This document shows, in pieces, positions 40,301 through 55,300 of a stretch of DNA of 64,000 bases. How positions within the stretch are numbered: position 1 is the stretch's first letter; every line of letters starts with the position of its first letter. The stretch comes from Perna viridis (taxonomy: Eukaryota): NCBI GenBank assembly GCA_037379345.1, contig CM074511.1, positions 25,775,171-25,839,170 of the forward strand, read 5' to 3'. The position numbers were made by a program, and so were the translations under genes. The notes under the pieces were generated by a model. It saw only the letters and a list, made by a program, of their open reading frames with translations. It was not told the origin of the DNA and made no database searches.

Positions 40301-43300
40301 TCTCAGCTATATAAACAACCCTAGACTCATCCAGAGTCAGATTCATTACACCAGCAATGTGCCCATCCAGATCAAGAACCGGTATCTCATTTCCAATTAG
40401 TCTGAAGTCAGCTGATGCCCACAATTCACCTCCATACCTCACTATAAAGTTACATGGTGGGGAAGATCTCAAAACACCAAATTTATCAAACTCTACATAG
40501 AATTTCTGAAGATTCTGGATGTGGAGGTATCCAGACTTGTCTCCAAGGACAAGTCCAAGGTTTATCATATCTATAGTATCTCCTCCATCAGCTATTTCTA
40601 ACATGACCTGTTGGAACACAAATTACAAAGTTAGAAATGAAGTATTTTTGATACCGCTATTCAAGTACACAATTCTTATACAAATGGTCCTATACTAACA
40701 GCCTCAAATTTATAACATCTCCTTGTAAATGGTAATCTGTACCTTTTTTCTTTCATCTTGTTGCCAGATATTTAAAAATATCCATCAAAACATTGGGAGT
40801 GATCATGATATCACCAGGCCTTTGAATGAAAATGAAGTCACAAATCAATAGTTTGTGGTTGCACTACTTGATTTTTTGCTTTAAAATTTAAATAAAAGAT
40901 TACCTATAAACAGAATAATACTAAATTTCAATTTTGAAATTTTTGAAAAGTCCCAAATGATATTGTCGTTAACAAAATTGAAAGTAACTATAATTCTATA
41001 TTTACATGCATGACTTTAAGCCTAACACTTCACTTAATGTCTGTTCAGTGTTGATTTCTTATCAATTGTATAATTCAAAATTGGTAATTCTATTTTAAAT
41101 GACACAATTCGTTCTAATATAGCTCTTGAAGTAACTATTTTCTAAGGCCATACGAATAAATCTGCTGATGATCAAATAATTTTGTTTTATTAACTCTACC
41201 TTATTGTTAAGCATCAGATGGTCAAAATTAAGATCAGCATCATTATCAATATCATCACCATTGGCAACTATCCTTGGATTTCTTTCATTCACAATCACAG
41301 GTTTTGGAGGGAACAAGTCCTTCCCGTCAAGGTATAGTCTACTCTGGTATGTAAAGAGGCCTGTTTTGTCCTCAACAAACACAGTCCCAGGACCACCCCT
41401 GTCTCCAGAAGTGGAGCCCTTTTCTCCATAAGCTAGTAATTGACCTCCATATTCATTGTCAAGTGAACTGTGAACAGCAATTCTACCTCCTGCTCCTCCT
41501 CCTGATGTATCATGTCCTTTACCACCAATAGCTGATAGTTTACCATGTCCTCTGAATGAACCTTAAAAAAAATATGTTACTGCTACATCAGTCTACCTTG
41601 TATATATTAAATTGCTTTAAATAAGTTTTGTTTTCTTTCATGTCAGTTTTGTATAACTATGAAAGCATACATTTCAAAAAAACAAAAAATATACATGATT
41701 ACTTTTATCCTATGAATCTTTTTTACCACTAAAACTTTTTCATAAAGACACAATTTCAATGATTATAATTGTTTTTAGCTGCATGATTTTTTTAAACACG
41801 CTTAGATATCATTTCAAGGTATGTAAACTTTAAGCACATTCTGAAATTCTTGTTTTACCAGCAAGTTATGATCTGTATAAAAATTCTCAGTTATTACAAG
41901 AGTTTCATTCAGCATTGGTTAAGCAATGTAACTTAACTTATCAAAGCCAAATTTTTTTTTTACCATTTCCAGATGACTTCAATGACATTTATTTCAACCA
42001 TCATATAAATGCTTGCCAAATATAAAATAATACAAATAAGACAATATATCATTGCAATTACAGCAAAAATAATGTAGGCAGAAATTTCAATACCTGTAAT
42101 AATCCAGATGGAGCCACCACTACCACCACCAGCACCATTACTGGCATCTCCTCCATCAGCTTCAATTTTACCATCTGTAATCATTACAGCTCCCACTGTA
42201 ATGTAGGCCTTGCCACCACCTCTACCTCCTGGATCACCACTAGTACTACTTCCTCCCTGACTTCCTGTCTCATTTGGTTTATACAATGATCCATAGGCGG
42301 CTCCACCATTACTTGATTGTCCTGGGGCTGTGAATGCAACCCATTTTTAATTTTCAAATTATTCACAATCAAATTTAGATAAAAATCCTCTATATCAAAA
42401 GGCAATTCAATATTGCTATTGTATCTCACAACTCCGAGGATAATGTAATCCATACTGAGGGTATTCTTTAAATACACTTTTTCCTTCTTTATTTCATTCT
42501 TTAAATCCATCTGCACCATGAAAACTGATTTATTCAACGGGACATAGTTTTCCTTTCCTCGTTTGTCTACCCTGGACTTGACTTTTTATGAACAACTCGG
42601 CAGGTGTTTCTAGAAAAAGCAGCAGGTGCTTACCCTACCTGTGCACCTAGTCCATGCTCCCAGTTTTTAGTGGAGTCCGAATTGCTCATTTGCTTTTGTT
42701 ACTTTGTATGTATGATTATAGTTACTTTATGTTCTTTGTTGTGTATATCTGTTTTCCATGTCTGGTCTTTGTCCCTGGATTACATTCTTTTGATTACTGC
42801 TATAACTCGGTTCCCTTGATTACTCTTTTAAAGCACTGATTTTATCCGTTAATTTTTTGCCTGCCAAATAAGCTACAAAAAGTTCTCACAAAAATAAGTT
42901 GGATTACAGAATAAACACCAAGTTAACATAGTTTTTTTTTTTCTGGTGGAGTTTGTGCTGCTTGTGTTTGAGTGTTTTTTAATTTGGTTGTCTGCAATTA
43001 TGTGTTTTCTAACTTTTTTCCCTAGGATTTCTCCTATTTAATGCCACCTTTTCACTGACACTTGGATATTTTTCTAACCTACACATAAAACAATGTTAAG
43101 CACACAAGATAACCAACTTAACAGTAGACAATGTATCATTAATGGTACTTACAACCTCCACCAATAGTGGCATGTCCAGCTCCCGCAGCATTTACCAAAG
43201 GTGTCCCTGGACCACCCAGTGGTGCTGTGGCTATACACTGGAAGCTGGCTAATGGCTCAAGGTAGAAATCTGTTGCTTGTATCATAAATGTATCAGCTTT

Positions 43301-46300
43301 GAACAAAGCACTGTACTTTATGTCCTAAAATTGAAGACAATAAAACTTAAATAAATCTGTCATTTTATGTGCTTAATATTGAAACTTAAAAACAAATAAT
43401 ATTCCAAAGAAAGATTTTTTTATATAACTTTAAAAAGACAAGTAACTGATCTAGGAATTTAAGTACCATTCTGTGTATGAATCAGGCAATGAGTGGTACA
43501 TCATTTTTCTCAATTTGGTCTTTTTTTGCCGCAAACATATTCAAATACATCTAGAAAATGACTGAAAAGCTGTTTATCCTGATGCATTGGTGACATAGAT
43601 ATTTTTTGACTGCTTAAATAAGGAAGAAGTTCAGGAAAATTTTCCTGCCAGTTTTCTTTATTGCATTTCAACTAAATTTGACCTATCAATATCTTAAAAA
43701 AAGCATTCTTTACAATCATTTGACAGTAATTTCTTGAAGTTATGAGGTATAAGTACTTGGATAATGCAATAAAATCTCTGTGTATTTTTTCTTCATGTGC
43801 CACATTTTGTACACAAATTGCCAGATTGTTGGAGAAGTACTTAAAAAATAAGTCAAGTAATTAGGTTTCATTTTCTTTATTTCCTAGTTCTTACTATTTT
43901 GTTCCAATCTGGTACCTGAATGTCACTAAATAAAGTAGAAAATCTGTAAGCAGAGCTCACTTGGTGATACCCCCTCTCCCTTCCCTAGAGACCATATAGA
44001 AAATCCCTTGAGTAATAAAATAAAAATTGGGACAAAAAATAGGTGCACAATGGCATCATGTGATAAAAAATGTGTAAAAGTTTCATCAATTTCTACTAAG
44101 GAGCTTGAGAGGAGGTGAGGGATTAGAACAGGGGACAGATGAATAGGGTGGGGACAGCATGATCACTATATACCTCACACTTCGCAAGCAAGGGATATAA
44201 TAACATTTATAAGGAATGAATTAAGTTTCAGACCTTTCAACTTATGAACCTTTATTCACACTAAGAGACAGAACTAAAAACATATGTACACTTGTACTAT
44301 AGAAAAAAACTTACCAGAAATCCAACAGTGAGCTTAAGCTCCATTGGAGATGGTAGTTCCATCACAGCCTCTGCCCCTTCTTCTAAGCTGGCAAATCTAA
44401 ACCATCCAGCAATACCCTGTTTGTACACACCACTGTCCAGAAAACTGGTCCTAGCCATCTGTCCTATATTGATCTTCCTTCCTGGGACAATTCTCAAATG
44501 CCTGACACCAACAATCTCACCATACCATCTGAAAGCTATTTCACCTTGACCCAGAATATAGACAAGTGGTGACAAATAGACTACAGAACCTTCATCTATC
44601 CACAGATTAATTGGTGTTTTCATCAGACTCCTATACTCCTCTAAGTAGGCAACATGATTTTTCCTTCCATGGTATCTGGCACTCTTATCACCTTCCACTT
44701 TGATGACAGTAAGTGTTCTGTTAATTCCATCTTCTTTAAGCTGTAGGGTGACATTTTTGAAAAGGTGTAATTCATCAAAGTAATAATCTGTTTTACCTTG
44801 CTCATCAAGAACTACATAGTGGTCCCATGTTCTCTTGTTATTGTCAAGGTGAAGTTGTTCATAGCTCCGTCCATTCCTAGTATCCTTGATGTAAACAGTG
44901 GCTGGTCCACCATCTGAGAGATATCCATTTCTTCCAGAGCCTCCAAGGTTGTCATAGCTACCATGAAAGTAAATTTCCGTCTCAAGATGGATGCTTATTC
45001 TACCTCCAGCTCCACCAGAGCCACCATTCCCTCCATTGACACTGACAACACCATGCCCCTCCAGATTGTAAGATTCTGTATAGATACTACCTCCACTTCC
45101 ACCACCAGCCAAAGTTCCACCATCAGATCCATCTGATGATAATTCACCATCAACCAACAAATGTTTGGTCACCTTCAGGTCAATTACACCACCTCCTTTA
45201 CCTCCTGGAGAATTCAAACTACTACCACCACAACTTCCTCTAAGATCTGGCATATACATACTTCCATAATAACCACCTCCTTCTCTAATTGAGGTCTTGT
45301 CAGCCTGGTTGTACAAAGCTCCACCTTTACTGGCATGACCACCACCTGTTGAAACATCAGATGTACTTACACTGAGTCCAGACCCATTTGCTTCATCAAG
45401 GGTATCCAATGGTCTATAATTAGCAGATGTAGTAACCTTTGACCCTGCTTCAATGTTGAAGGTTGTTATGTTGAGGTAAATGCTTTCTGCAGAAATTGTA
45501 GCTTTATAGCGGCAATCAACTCTACCAATGTTGCTGAGCATTGGCTTATCTGGTGCATACAGTATAGTTGAAAATGCTCTTAGGTCAACTGTGCCAAAAG
45601 TTGTTGTACCATCATCATTTTTGTATAAGTATGTCCTTCCCTTTTCAGTGTATGTTCCACTCCCTAGCATAGCAGTATGTCCATTTTGTCCCATATAAAG
45701 AAGTGTCTCAAATCCGAGGATTAAATCAGCAACACCAGTGAACCTGCCATAGGTCTGAACAGACCGAGACTCTGTGTATCCTGTCATTGATACACCTTTA
45801 CCATAGATGTAGGATATTGCAGGTAGGATAATTTCACCACCGTCATCAATGATGAAGTTGACTCCAGATGTTAGAGCTTGTCTTATTCCTTGCTCATATT
45901 CAACAATAAACTGGTGTTTGTTGTGTAGATGAAGCAGTCCACTCCTATCTCCATATAAATTTCTGATATCCATGAAAATGTCAATGCCTTTGTCTCTAAC
46001 TTGAAGAGATGCTTTTCTCATTATGTGAACCTCATCAAAATAAAATTCAGTTTGGGTAGCTTCATCTATAGTTGAATATTTTTCTACAGGTCTATCAAAA
46101 TTGTCAAGCATAAGTCTCCTGTAGGCAACACCTTTTCTGATGTCCTCTAAGTAAACTGTTCCTCCACCTGCACAGAGGAGATCAGAGCCAGCAGCACCTC
46201 CATAAACAAGATATTCACCCTCATACTCTATTACTTTGCTAGAGTTAACAGAAATACGGCCTGCTGAACCTGCTCCATAGGTTACACTTCCATCACCTCC

Positions 46301-49300
46301 AACAGTTGAAAAGACACCATATCCTTCAATGAAATATGTCTCAATCCAGATACTCCCACCGCTGCCACCACCAAGATTAGAACTGCTTCCATTTACAGAT
46401 ATTTCACCATCATTTATCACCGACAATGCTACTTTCAGATATACTTTGCCTCCACCTTTACCACCTGATGGGTTTGGTCTGCTTCCTGCATCAACTGGTT
46501 TGTACAATGAACCATAGGAGTCACCAGCAACTGACCGTGAACCTCCACCTACCCCTCCATGACCAGCACCTCCTTTGTCACCAATGGCTTTACCATTTTC
46601 AATATCTATTTTTTCTGATCCAGATCGGTCAGTACTGGCTGCAGACAATTTCGCTTCAAGTTCAACATTAAGGTGAGAACAAGCAATGTTGAAGTAGTCT
46701 GCAGTGATACTTGACTTGAATTTTGCATTGAGTGTTCCAACTAACATTTCAGCACCTGTGTTATCATCATAGTCTAAAGAGCTTCCTGGGTCAAGCTGAA
46801 GGAGAGCAAAAGATACTCTGGCTTGTGATGAGAGCTCAGTTGCTTTCATTGGAATAATCCAGGCATTTGATCCAAATCTCATATGTCTTCCTGTGCCAAG
46901 TATAAGGTTCAGTGCTCCTCTCATAATTCCATCCAAGTCAAGAGCAGTTGTTCCTTTTCCCAAAATTGTTGTTGTTTCTGAGAGGATAAATTCCCCACCA
47001 TTATGGAGCTCAAGATTAATTTCAAGTTTAGAGATTAAAACATCTACAGAGAATCGTTCAAGTGTTCCAGTTTGATTCTGTCTCATTCTAATTAAACCAG
47101 TTCCATCTCCATTAACACTCTTCACATTTAGATATCGATTCTTTCCATCATCAATCACTTGTAACTTGGCATAGCTCTCAATGTTTAGAAGGTCAAAAAG
47201 TATATCAGTTTCATTTTCATTTAATGTCAGATAATGCACTGTCTGTTCATTCTCATTATCTACAGTGAGAGTTTCATATTCATTTTTTCCACTGCCTGTC
47301 TTTGTATAAATTGAACCAGGGCCACCTCGGCCATTAGTTGCTGGTGATGCACCACCTTTAGCTCTGTATGTTCCTACACCAGTAAATAGATCTTCCTCAG
47401 CATAGACTGCTATCCTTCCACCGCTACCTCCTCCAGCTAAGGAACTACTTGTGTCACCTCCATTGCTTTCCATCTGTCCAAACCCTTTCAACAGATCAGT
47501 GCAGGATACATAAACACTCCCACCACTGCCACCACCACCACCACTGGTAGATGAGGCTCCATTGGCCCTAAGTATTCCATCAAGAGTAAAAGTTCCTGTC
47601 TGTACAGAGATATAGCCTCCACCTTGACCTCCATTTCCTCCTTTAGATCCTCGTAGAACAGAATTATATATTGAACCATAAGGCATTGAGGTTGTGTCCA
47701 TGTTATGGTTATTACCAACACCTCCCTCACTGGCGAAGGAACCACCATTGTTATAGGCACCATGAGCAGAAGATGGAGCTTCACTCTCTAATGCTTTGCC
47801 CACTACATTCAATTCTGCTCCTCTTTCCATGGTAAAAGTGGCTATTTTCAGATCTACAAAATCTGAATAAAGGACAATGTATCTCTTTATATCCATGGTA
47901 ACCACTATCAGCTGGAGCCCAACTGAGGGAGAAAAAGTTGAACCATACTTCAGACCGACATATCCAAGAGAGTAAACTCCTGCTTGTGAAGCACTTGTGT
48001 CATATACTCCACCAGAATACTTGGCAGTCATTGATGTTGGTTCCAGGATAACTGTACCCCCGTTTTCCACAATAAGATTATTGAAGGTGACCTTACCCTT
48101 AAGGTTGACTGTACAGCCACTAACTGTCATGTTGAGGGGTACATGTAGTGTAGCATCCTCACCTAAGTCAATATTGATATTAGTAATGAAGTGTCTCTGT
48201 TCACCCTCAAACACCTCGGCTTTCAGGATCTGATTGTGCTGCATGTATATCCAAGCTGTATCATCCCCATCTACTTCATCTATACGCAGAGTTGTGTCAC
48301 TGCCTTCTACATCTGATTGGGAATAACCTGAAAAGAAAGATAAAAACTTTTTTGACTATTTGAAGAAAAAAGACTTTTGCAGTACCAGTAGGTTTTTTTT
48401 TCAAGACACACGGCCAATTTGAGAAAAAATATTGATTGTAATTGTTGTAACTATCGGTACAAAAACAATGAAATTCCACTGTAAGTTCTATACATCTTGA
48501 GCAAGGTTTCTTTTTCTTTCACCTTGTAGGAGATTACCACATAATAAACTTGAGACTAAATAAATATCTCTTTTGCATTCTAGGCTTCAGCTATGTACCC
48601 TTAAACATGCAGTTCAGATACATTCTTGAGGAGGTCCAACTATTACCTGAAAACTAACCAAAGAATTAAAAAAAAATAGGATACCTTTGAGTGACAGCAG
48701 ATTATAGTAGAAATCATCAGCTGTAGTTCCTGAGATACGTGCATGGGTCTGTTTCTGTATTGGAGATTCTGTATTACCAATGATCCATAATCTGTTCATC
48801 TGACTGATACCAGGGCCATCTTGTATGTATATTGTACCAGGTCCTGCTTTAACAGTGTTAAGGTTGTCATCATTCCCACCCCCATAGGCGGTAATGGTAC
48901 CAGAAAATGCATAGCTAAAATTAAAAATAACAAGAATTCTAAAAGAGGAACACTGTCAATGATTTTTTTTTAAACTGACATTTATACAAACAGGTAAATT
49001 CAGTAAGGAATTTCAAAATGAATTCTATTTAGAAAAATTCAATCAAAGAAACCCCCACTCCCACCCCAGATATCATATGATCAAAGTATTTAAAAATTCA
49101 TCAAACAGGAAGTTCAAGTTGCACAAGTCTTAAATGATATCCCCCTCTATAGCACACCTGTAATAAGCATCTGTCCAAATATCAAGTAGCTGTGATAAGA
49201 AGTTGCAGAGAAAGATAACAAAATATGTGGACAAACAAATGGTCTCTTTAAAAGCAGGAGGTATAATAAATGATCAAGATGAAATGAATGGTAAAACAAT

Positions 49301-52300
49301 ATGCTAACATTGATTTAATATGTATACATTAAAATGAAAAGTATTTCTACGACAAAATTAAAATTTTGGGGCCGGTTTCATAAAACATCTCAAACTGAGA
49401 TTTTCCTCAAATCCTTCCTCAACTAAAATTTCGACCAATCAAATTGCTTGAAATTGAAAATTTGAGGAAAACTGAAGAATTTTAGGAAAATCTCAATTTG
49501 AGATTGTTTTATGAATCCGGGTGCAGATCAATTAATATTGTTACATTGGGAAAAAAGGGCAGAATCATTTCAAAGAAGATAAAAACACTGTAAGAAAAAA
49601 TTAGACACGTTCAAACAAATTATTGTAATTCATATAAAATACCTTTCTTTAAGGGTAAGTTTCATTCTCCCACCAGATCCACCTCCTCCTTGACCTGATC
49701 CTTTGCCACCATTGACAGATAGGCTTCCATCTCCAATTAAACCTCTACAATTCAAGAATATGGTCCCACCACTGCCACCACCAGCCCCACTTCCAGATCC
49801 ATCAGACCCATCAACCTTTATTGCACCTATAATGATCCTTTATTTCTTTAATAACCATAACTAATAACAATATTTAAGTAATAACTTCTCAAATAGATTT
49901 TAAAACATTGTAATTCAAGATCTAACACATGTCCATCATTTTGTGTAATATACAGTTCCATAGACACAAAGTCACGATATGTTGGAATTACATATTTGAA
50001 CCCTTGCTATGAAAAGACAACTTGTCTTGCATACTAAACTAAGATGCTTCAGTCTAATTAAAATAAGCCTGCTAATTTAAACTAGTTTGGCTGTAAAAAT
50101 AGAGTAAAAAAAATTATGGTCTACTGATAATTTTAATAAGACAGTGGCTACTTAAATTTTCTGTAAATATATCATAATAACCTTGAAGTTGCACATATTT
50201 TCGTATTTGGCATACCCCCACTCATACAGGAACTTGATATCAAAGAGCAACAAAATTACTCACTATGTATGCCACATCTATATTAAGCCGCACATTGAAT
50301 TTGAAGTCAATCCAATTATTGGGAACCAAGATATTTGTAACCGAAGCCAAAGTCCTCATTAGAGATTCAATGTAATTTATTCAATGCCCAAGAGTTTAAA
50401 ATGGCCTACCAATCCATATAGTGAAAGAGAAATCTAGGGGACCAAGGATCTAGAGGAAATCAAAAGAACGTAATCCAAGGACAAAGACCAGACATGGAAA
50501 AAAAACACACACAACAAAGAACATAAAATAACCAAAATAATACATTCAAAGTAACAAACACCCAAAAGCACCCAAACAGACTAAATCATTCCAATATATC
50601 ACCCACCTTTTGAGTGGGGGTATAATATTATCATTTTTTTTCATACAAGAGTAACTTTTTACTAGAGTGTCTTTACCATAGTTCGTAAGGTCATAGAAAG
50701 TTTCAATCTTCAGATAACCACCTCCAGCTCCACCAACTCCTGATATAGAGTTACCTCCCCCACTTCCTTCTTCTCCAGGTATTCTGGTCAGATTGTAGAT
50801 GGAGCCACCAGAGTTTGATTCTGATGGAGATCCACCGAGACTTGCATATCCTGCTCCTGTTGCAAGGTCATGACTACTTATCTGTAAAAATCAAAAGCTT
50901 TCTTCAATTGCCATTATTTTTTTTTACACCAAAGATGTATAAAATACTATCACATTAATGATCAGATATAATTTCAGAAACTGAATTGAATTATTGACTT
51001 GGTCTATGATTTGATCTGGAACATTGCTAAATGAGATAATCAAACCAGCATCTCAGGGGAGATAATTTGTTAAATGCACTATCAGGTAGAGAAAACTGAA
51101 AGGGCTAGCAAATATGACCAAAAAGGTATTTGGACTAAATAACTATGGTATGGACTGTACATAAATAATGGTACACACCGTAAACATATTAATTTTCGTG
51201 GTTGCTAATTTTCACGGACATATTTGCAGATATCAATTTTCGTGGCTTCAAAAAAATGATTAGCGTTATATAGTGTTAAAAATCAATTTCGCATGTACTG
51301 TTTTTCCAGGTTCTCTGTTTACCGTGAAAATAGTGAAATTAGTATGTTTACAGTAACAGACCAATACCTGAAACTCATTCCTGTAAAATATGAAATAAAA
51401 CCACTTTATATACACAAGGGATTGACCAGATCAACTTTACTTTTTCATCAGCATGACCACCACTAATTAGATTTATAATAGGACCAGGCTGAAGCATGAT
51501 CTAATTACTCCATAGAAGTATGAGACCCCTATTATTTATACAATGGACTTACCTGAGCACCTTTACCAGGTCCATTCTCAGCAGCATGACCACCACCAGA
51601 TAGATCTATAGTAGAACCAGGTTGTAGTGTTATCTCATTACTCTGTAGTAGTATCCTCTCTCCTTTCAGGGTTGACCCATAGTGCAGTTCCAATATTGTC
51701 AGCTGTAAGACCTTCCCAGTGGTCTCAAATGTCACAGTGGCATAGTCCTTGATTGTGAAACTGGCAAATCTGTATGCTCCTGCCTCCTGGGCAGTAAACA
51801 CTCCATTGTTGTAGGTAGCTGTCCTGGTGACAGAGGAAAATGTGGCCTCCTGTCCTGATGAAACTATCAGGGAGTTAATGTTTGTCAGAGTTCCTGTAAA
51901 GCACATTATAGAAAGAATAGAGTTCATCTCTTGGTATGCAAGGGTAAAGTAAACATGACTTTAGAATAATAAAACTATAACACATACATAAAACCTTAAG
52001 ATAGGGGAAATGATGCTTTTTTGAGACCATGACTAATTCTGACTCATTACGTCACATTTTATCAACAACAAAAAATACTCATAGACATTCACCCATCTAT
52101 ATGGCCAAATAATGGAATTGTTGTCCCTACTACTCTGATCCCATGCACAACACTACAGAGTGTGTTTTATCTAATGTATATCTGTCATCATTTTCTATTA
52201 TGTTGTGTTGACACTAAATCTTAGTTTTCTTTATTTCTCAAGTTCATTTTCATATATAATATATCTTTAAGGAGGTAGACCTAAAGTAAGGGACACAACC

Positions 52301-55300
52301 CTTACAAAGCATTGGAACGTTTGTATTCAGCATTTTACATCAATGTCATGTAAGCATCAAAGCAACTTAGATTTGATTTCATTCTGTGTCAAATGAAAGC
52401 TTGGTAGGCTTTGGTAAAATTGAATATGATACATACATATCACTGACTTCATGGGTTATGTCCCTTACCCTAGGTCTACCTTCTCAAAAGGTGTCAAAAT
52501 AATGATAACTAGGAGGTTAAAAGTAAACAAGATATTGGAGTGTTTAATAACTTTTATATGCATGCTTTGAATAATATGTTTCTTCTATTGTAAAGCATTT
52601 CATATTTTTGCATTCTTATTTTTGGCATTTAAGGATATCAATCAAATTTTACTTATGTTTGTTATCAAGATTAACACTATACACTCAAAATGTATTCCAT
52701 AACAAAAGAATTTATTTGTGGACATTTATTTTTGTGACTATTTGTTAGCACAACAAATTGCTCTGACACCAAAATAATTTAGTTTCAATATCATAAAGAG
52801 ATAAAACCTCACCTTTGAACTCATAAGCATAACAAATTGTTCTGACACGAAAATAATTTAGTTTCAATATCATAAAGAGATAAAGCCTCACCTTTGAACT
52901 CATTATTAGCACCTAGTAACTCAACTGTCTTTGGTAACCTTGCCTCCCCATGTTCATCAATGTGTAAACTGCAGGTTAGTTTGCTGTATGAGCTCTCAAC
53001 ATCAGCACTGAATATCACATTATCCTGTACATTAAGGAGGGAATTTGCACCACATACCAAGGTGGATGCTATCACATGAAGACCCGCTGTTGTAACTTTT
53101 ATTGTTGTCTTGTCTCCAACCTCCATCTCATCAAGTTCAACTAGAGGGGTACCAGGTGTATCAAAATAAGTAGCGGCGACAGTACTTCCTGTGACCATTG
53201 AGTTGGAAGTAAAAAGTTTACGGAACTGGATATTGCCGTAAGGATATTGGAGGTATGCTGTACCAGAACCACCAGCTTGAGCTGTGTCTGAGTTACCTCC
53301 CTTTAGTTTGTAGTCACCAGTATAGTTATAATCACCAGTACACATGAGGTAAATCCTACCACCACCTCCACCACCACCACCAGCGATAGCATTCCCACCA
53401 ACAACAGAAACTGATCCTGCTCCTAACATGTCTACAATTTCAATAGAAACAGACCCACCACTCCCTCCTCCACCACCATTCATACCACTGTTACCATGGG
53501 AACTAATCACTCCATCCAAGGTCAGTTGTTTTGTGACCTTCAATTTTACCATGCCACCTCCAGGTCCGCCTACACCTGATAAAGACTTGTTACCACCAGT
53601 GGATCCAAAGGCATCAGCAGTGAATAGACTTCCTGTGTATTGTTTGACAGTTGTCCCACCAGAGCTGGAAGTGCCTCCAGAACCACCATGACTTCCTCCA
53701 GAGCCATCTTGACCAGCCCCAGTCCCAAGGTTACCATTGCTTCCATCAACACTTAACAAGCCATCATATGCAACCTGCATTGTTGGAACTTGGATGAATA
53801 AGTGTCTTGCACTAATTTCTCCTCCATACTTGATATTCAATTCATCCAGTACATCTAACGTATATTTACTAGTTGAGTCCTGAGACACTTCAAGCTTTCC
53901 ACCAGTTGTTATTTCCAATTGAGTTAGCGAGAATGTTCCAACATCAGAGGGTTGTGTTGTTGTTAGACCACTGCGAGCACTGTAACTTAAGTAAGCCTTA
54001 GAATTCACTCCCACAACAAGATTTCTCAGTGCGATCACATTTCCTTGTACATCTAGGTTATATTCATCATCATCTGTGTCATCCTCCAGTAATAATTGAG
54101 CAGGTAGGGTGGCATATCCTCCACCTTCAACAACTAGTTTACATGGCAGAGAAAAGGCATACTGTGTTCCATAGCTAGTGGCAATGACAAAGTACTGCCC
54201 TGACTGAATTGTCAGTAAACCCGTTTTATCTCCTTCCACTAGCTCTATCTCTACATTTGGAGAACCACTGGTGTCAAAGATAAGCTTAGACTTTCCTGTT
54301 ATTTCAAGTTCTGACACTTTTATGACACCATTAACAATTGTCCGAGAATCTGTAACTAGGCCATCATTGTAAATAACCAATGCAGATTTTGATGCACCAC
54401 CTGTGATTTGGTACAACTTATAAACAGTCCCAGCAGCCCCACTGCTTTTCCCACCTCTTCCGCCTTTTGCTTCAAGGCCACCATAAAATGAGGTCACCAC
54501 CTTGACATCTAGAGCAAGACAACCTCCACCTCCACCTCCCTTGTTGGTACTACTTCCTCCATTTACAGAAATAATTCCATGACCTTCAAGACTGTCACCT
54601 GTGACCTTAATACTGCCTCCACTGCCTGCACCAGTTGAGAAGCTACTCTCACCATCAGCTGATATGACACCATCGATGGATAATGTTGTAGCCTTAATTG
54701 ATATTACACCACCACCACGAACTGTTGAACACCCACTGCCAACATCTGTTGGTGAAGTTGTTGAACCATATGTAGTGCCTTGATTGTCTCCCCCTTCTCC
54801 ACCATGGCTGGCTCCTTTCTCTGCATCACCTGCTCCCAAACCTAAAATAATCAACACAGTGGAAAGTTTCAATGGTGCCATACTCTTGTTAATAATTTCT
54901 GCATAAACAACATACTACACTACTGAACAATTTACACAAACAGATAAATTCAATCAATTCTTAAAATCCCAATTTTTTTTAGAACTTATGTTATTTTTTT
55001 AAGGCCTTGCTAATCTAATTATTTCAATGAAATCTGCAATACCATAACCCATCATAACAATATACTGTTACCATACCTGTTAACCCTCCCACAGTAAGGG
55101 GAATTCCCACATTATCAATGAAAAAAATTAGAATCTCCCACATAAAAATGTTAGATTTGTGGGAGGTTTTTGGCAAAACTTACCAAGTTTTCTGTGGAAA
55201 TTACGAAGTAATTGAATTTTGACATAAACAATATATGTTTATGCAAAAATCCCCCACATGAGTCTGTATCAATGGGGGAGTCTCCCACATGGACTGTTCC

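Noticed and set aside
48638-48660. TTTTCAG|GTAATA recursive-splice-like site
   Set aside because: It lies only about 39 nt from the exon 12 donor, too short for a plausible intron, and is not needed for the frame.
3574-54881. Treating the long ORFs (2605, 2097, 1315, 686, 603, 543 and 377 aa) as separate genes or a bacterial operon
   Set aside because: Their starts and stops lie in intronic sequence just outside AG/GT splice sites, and phases match across all junctions.
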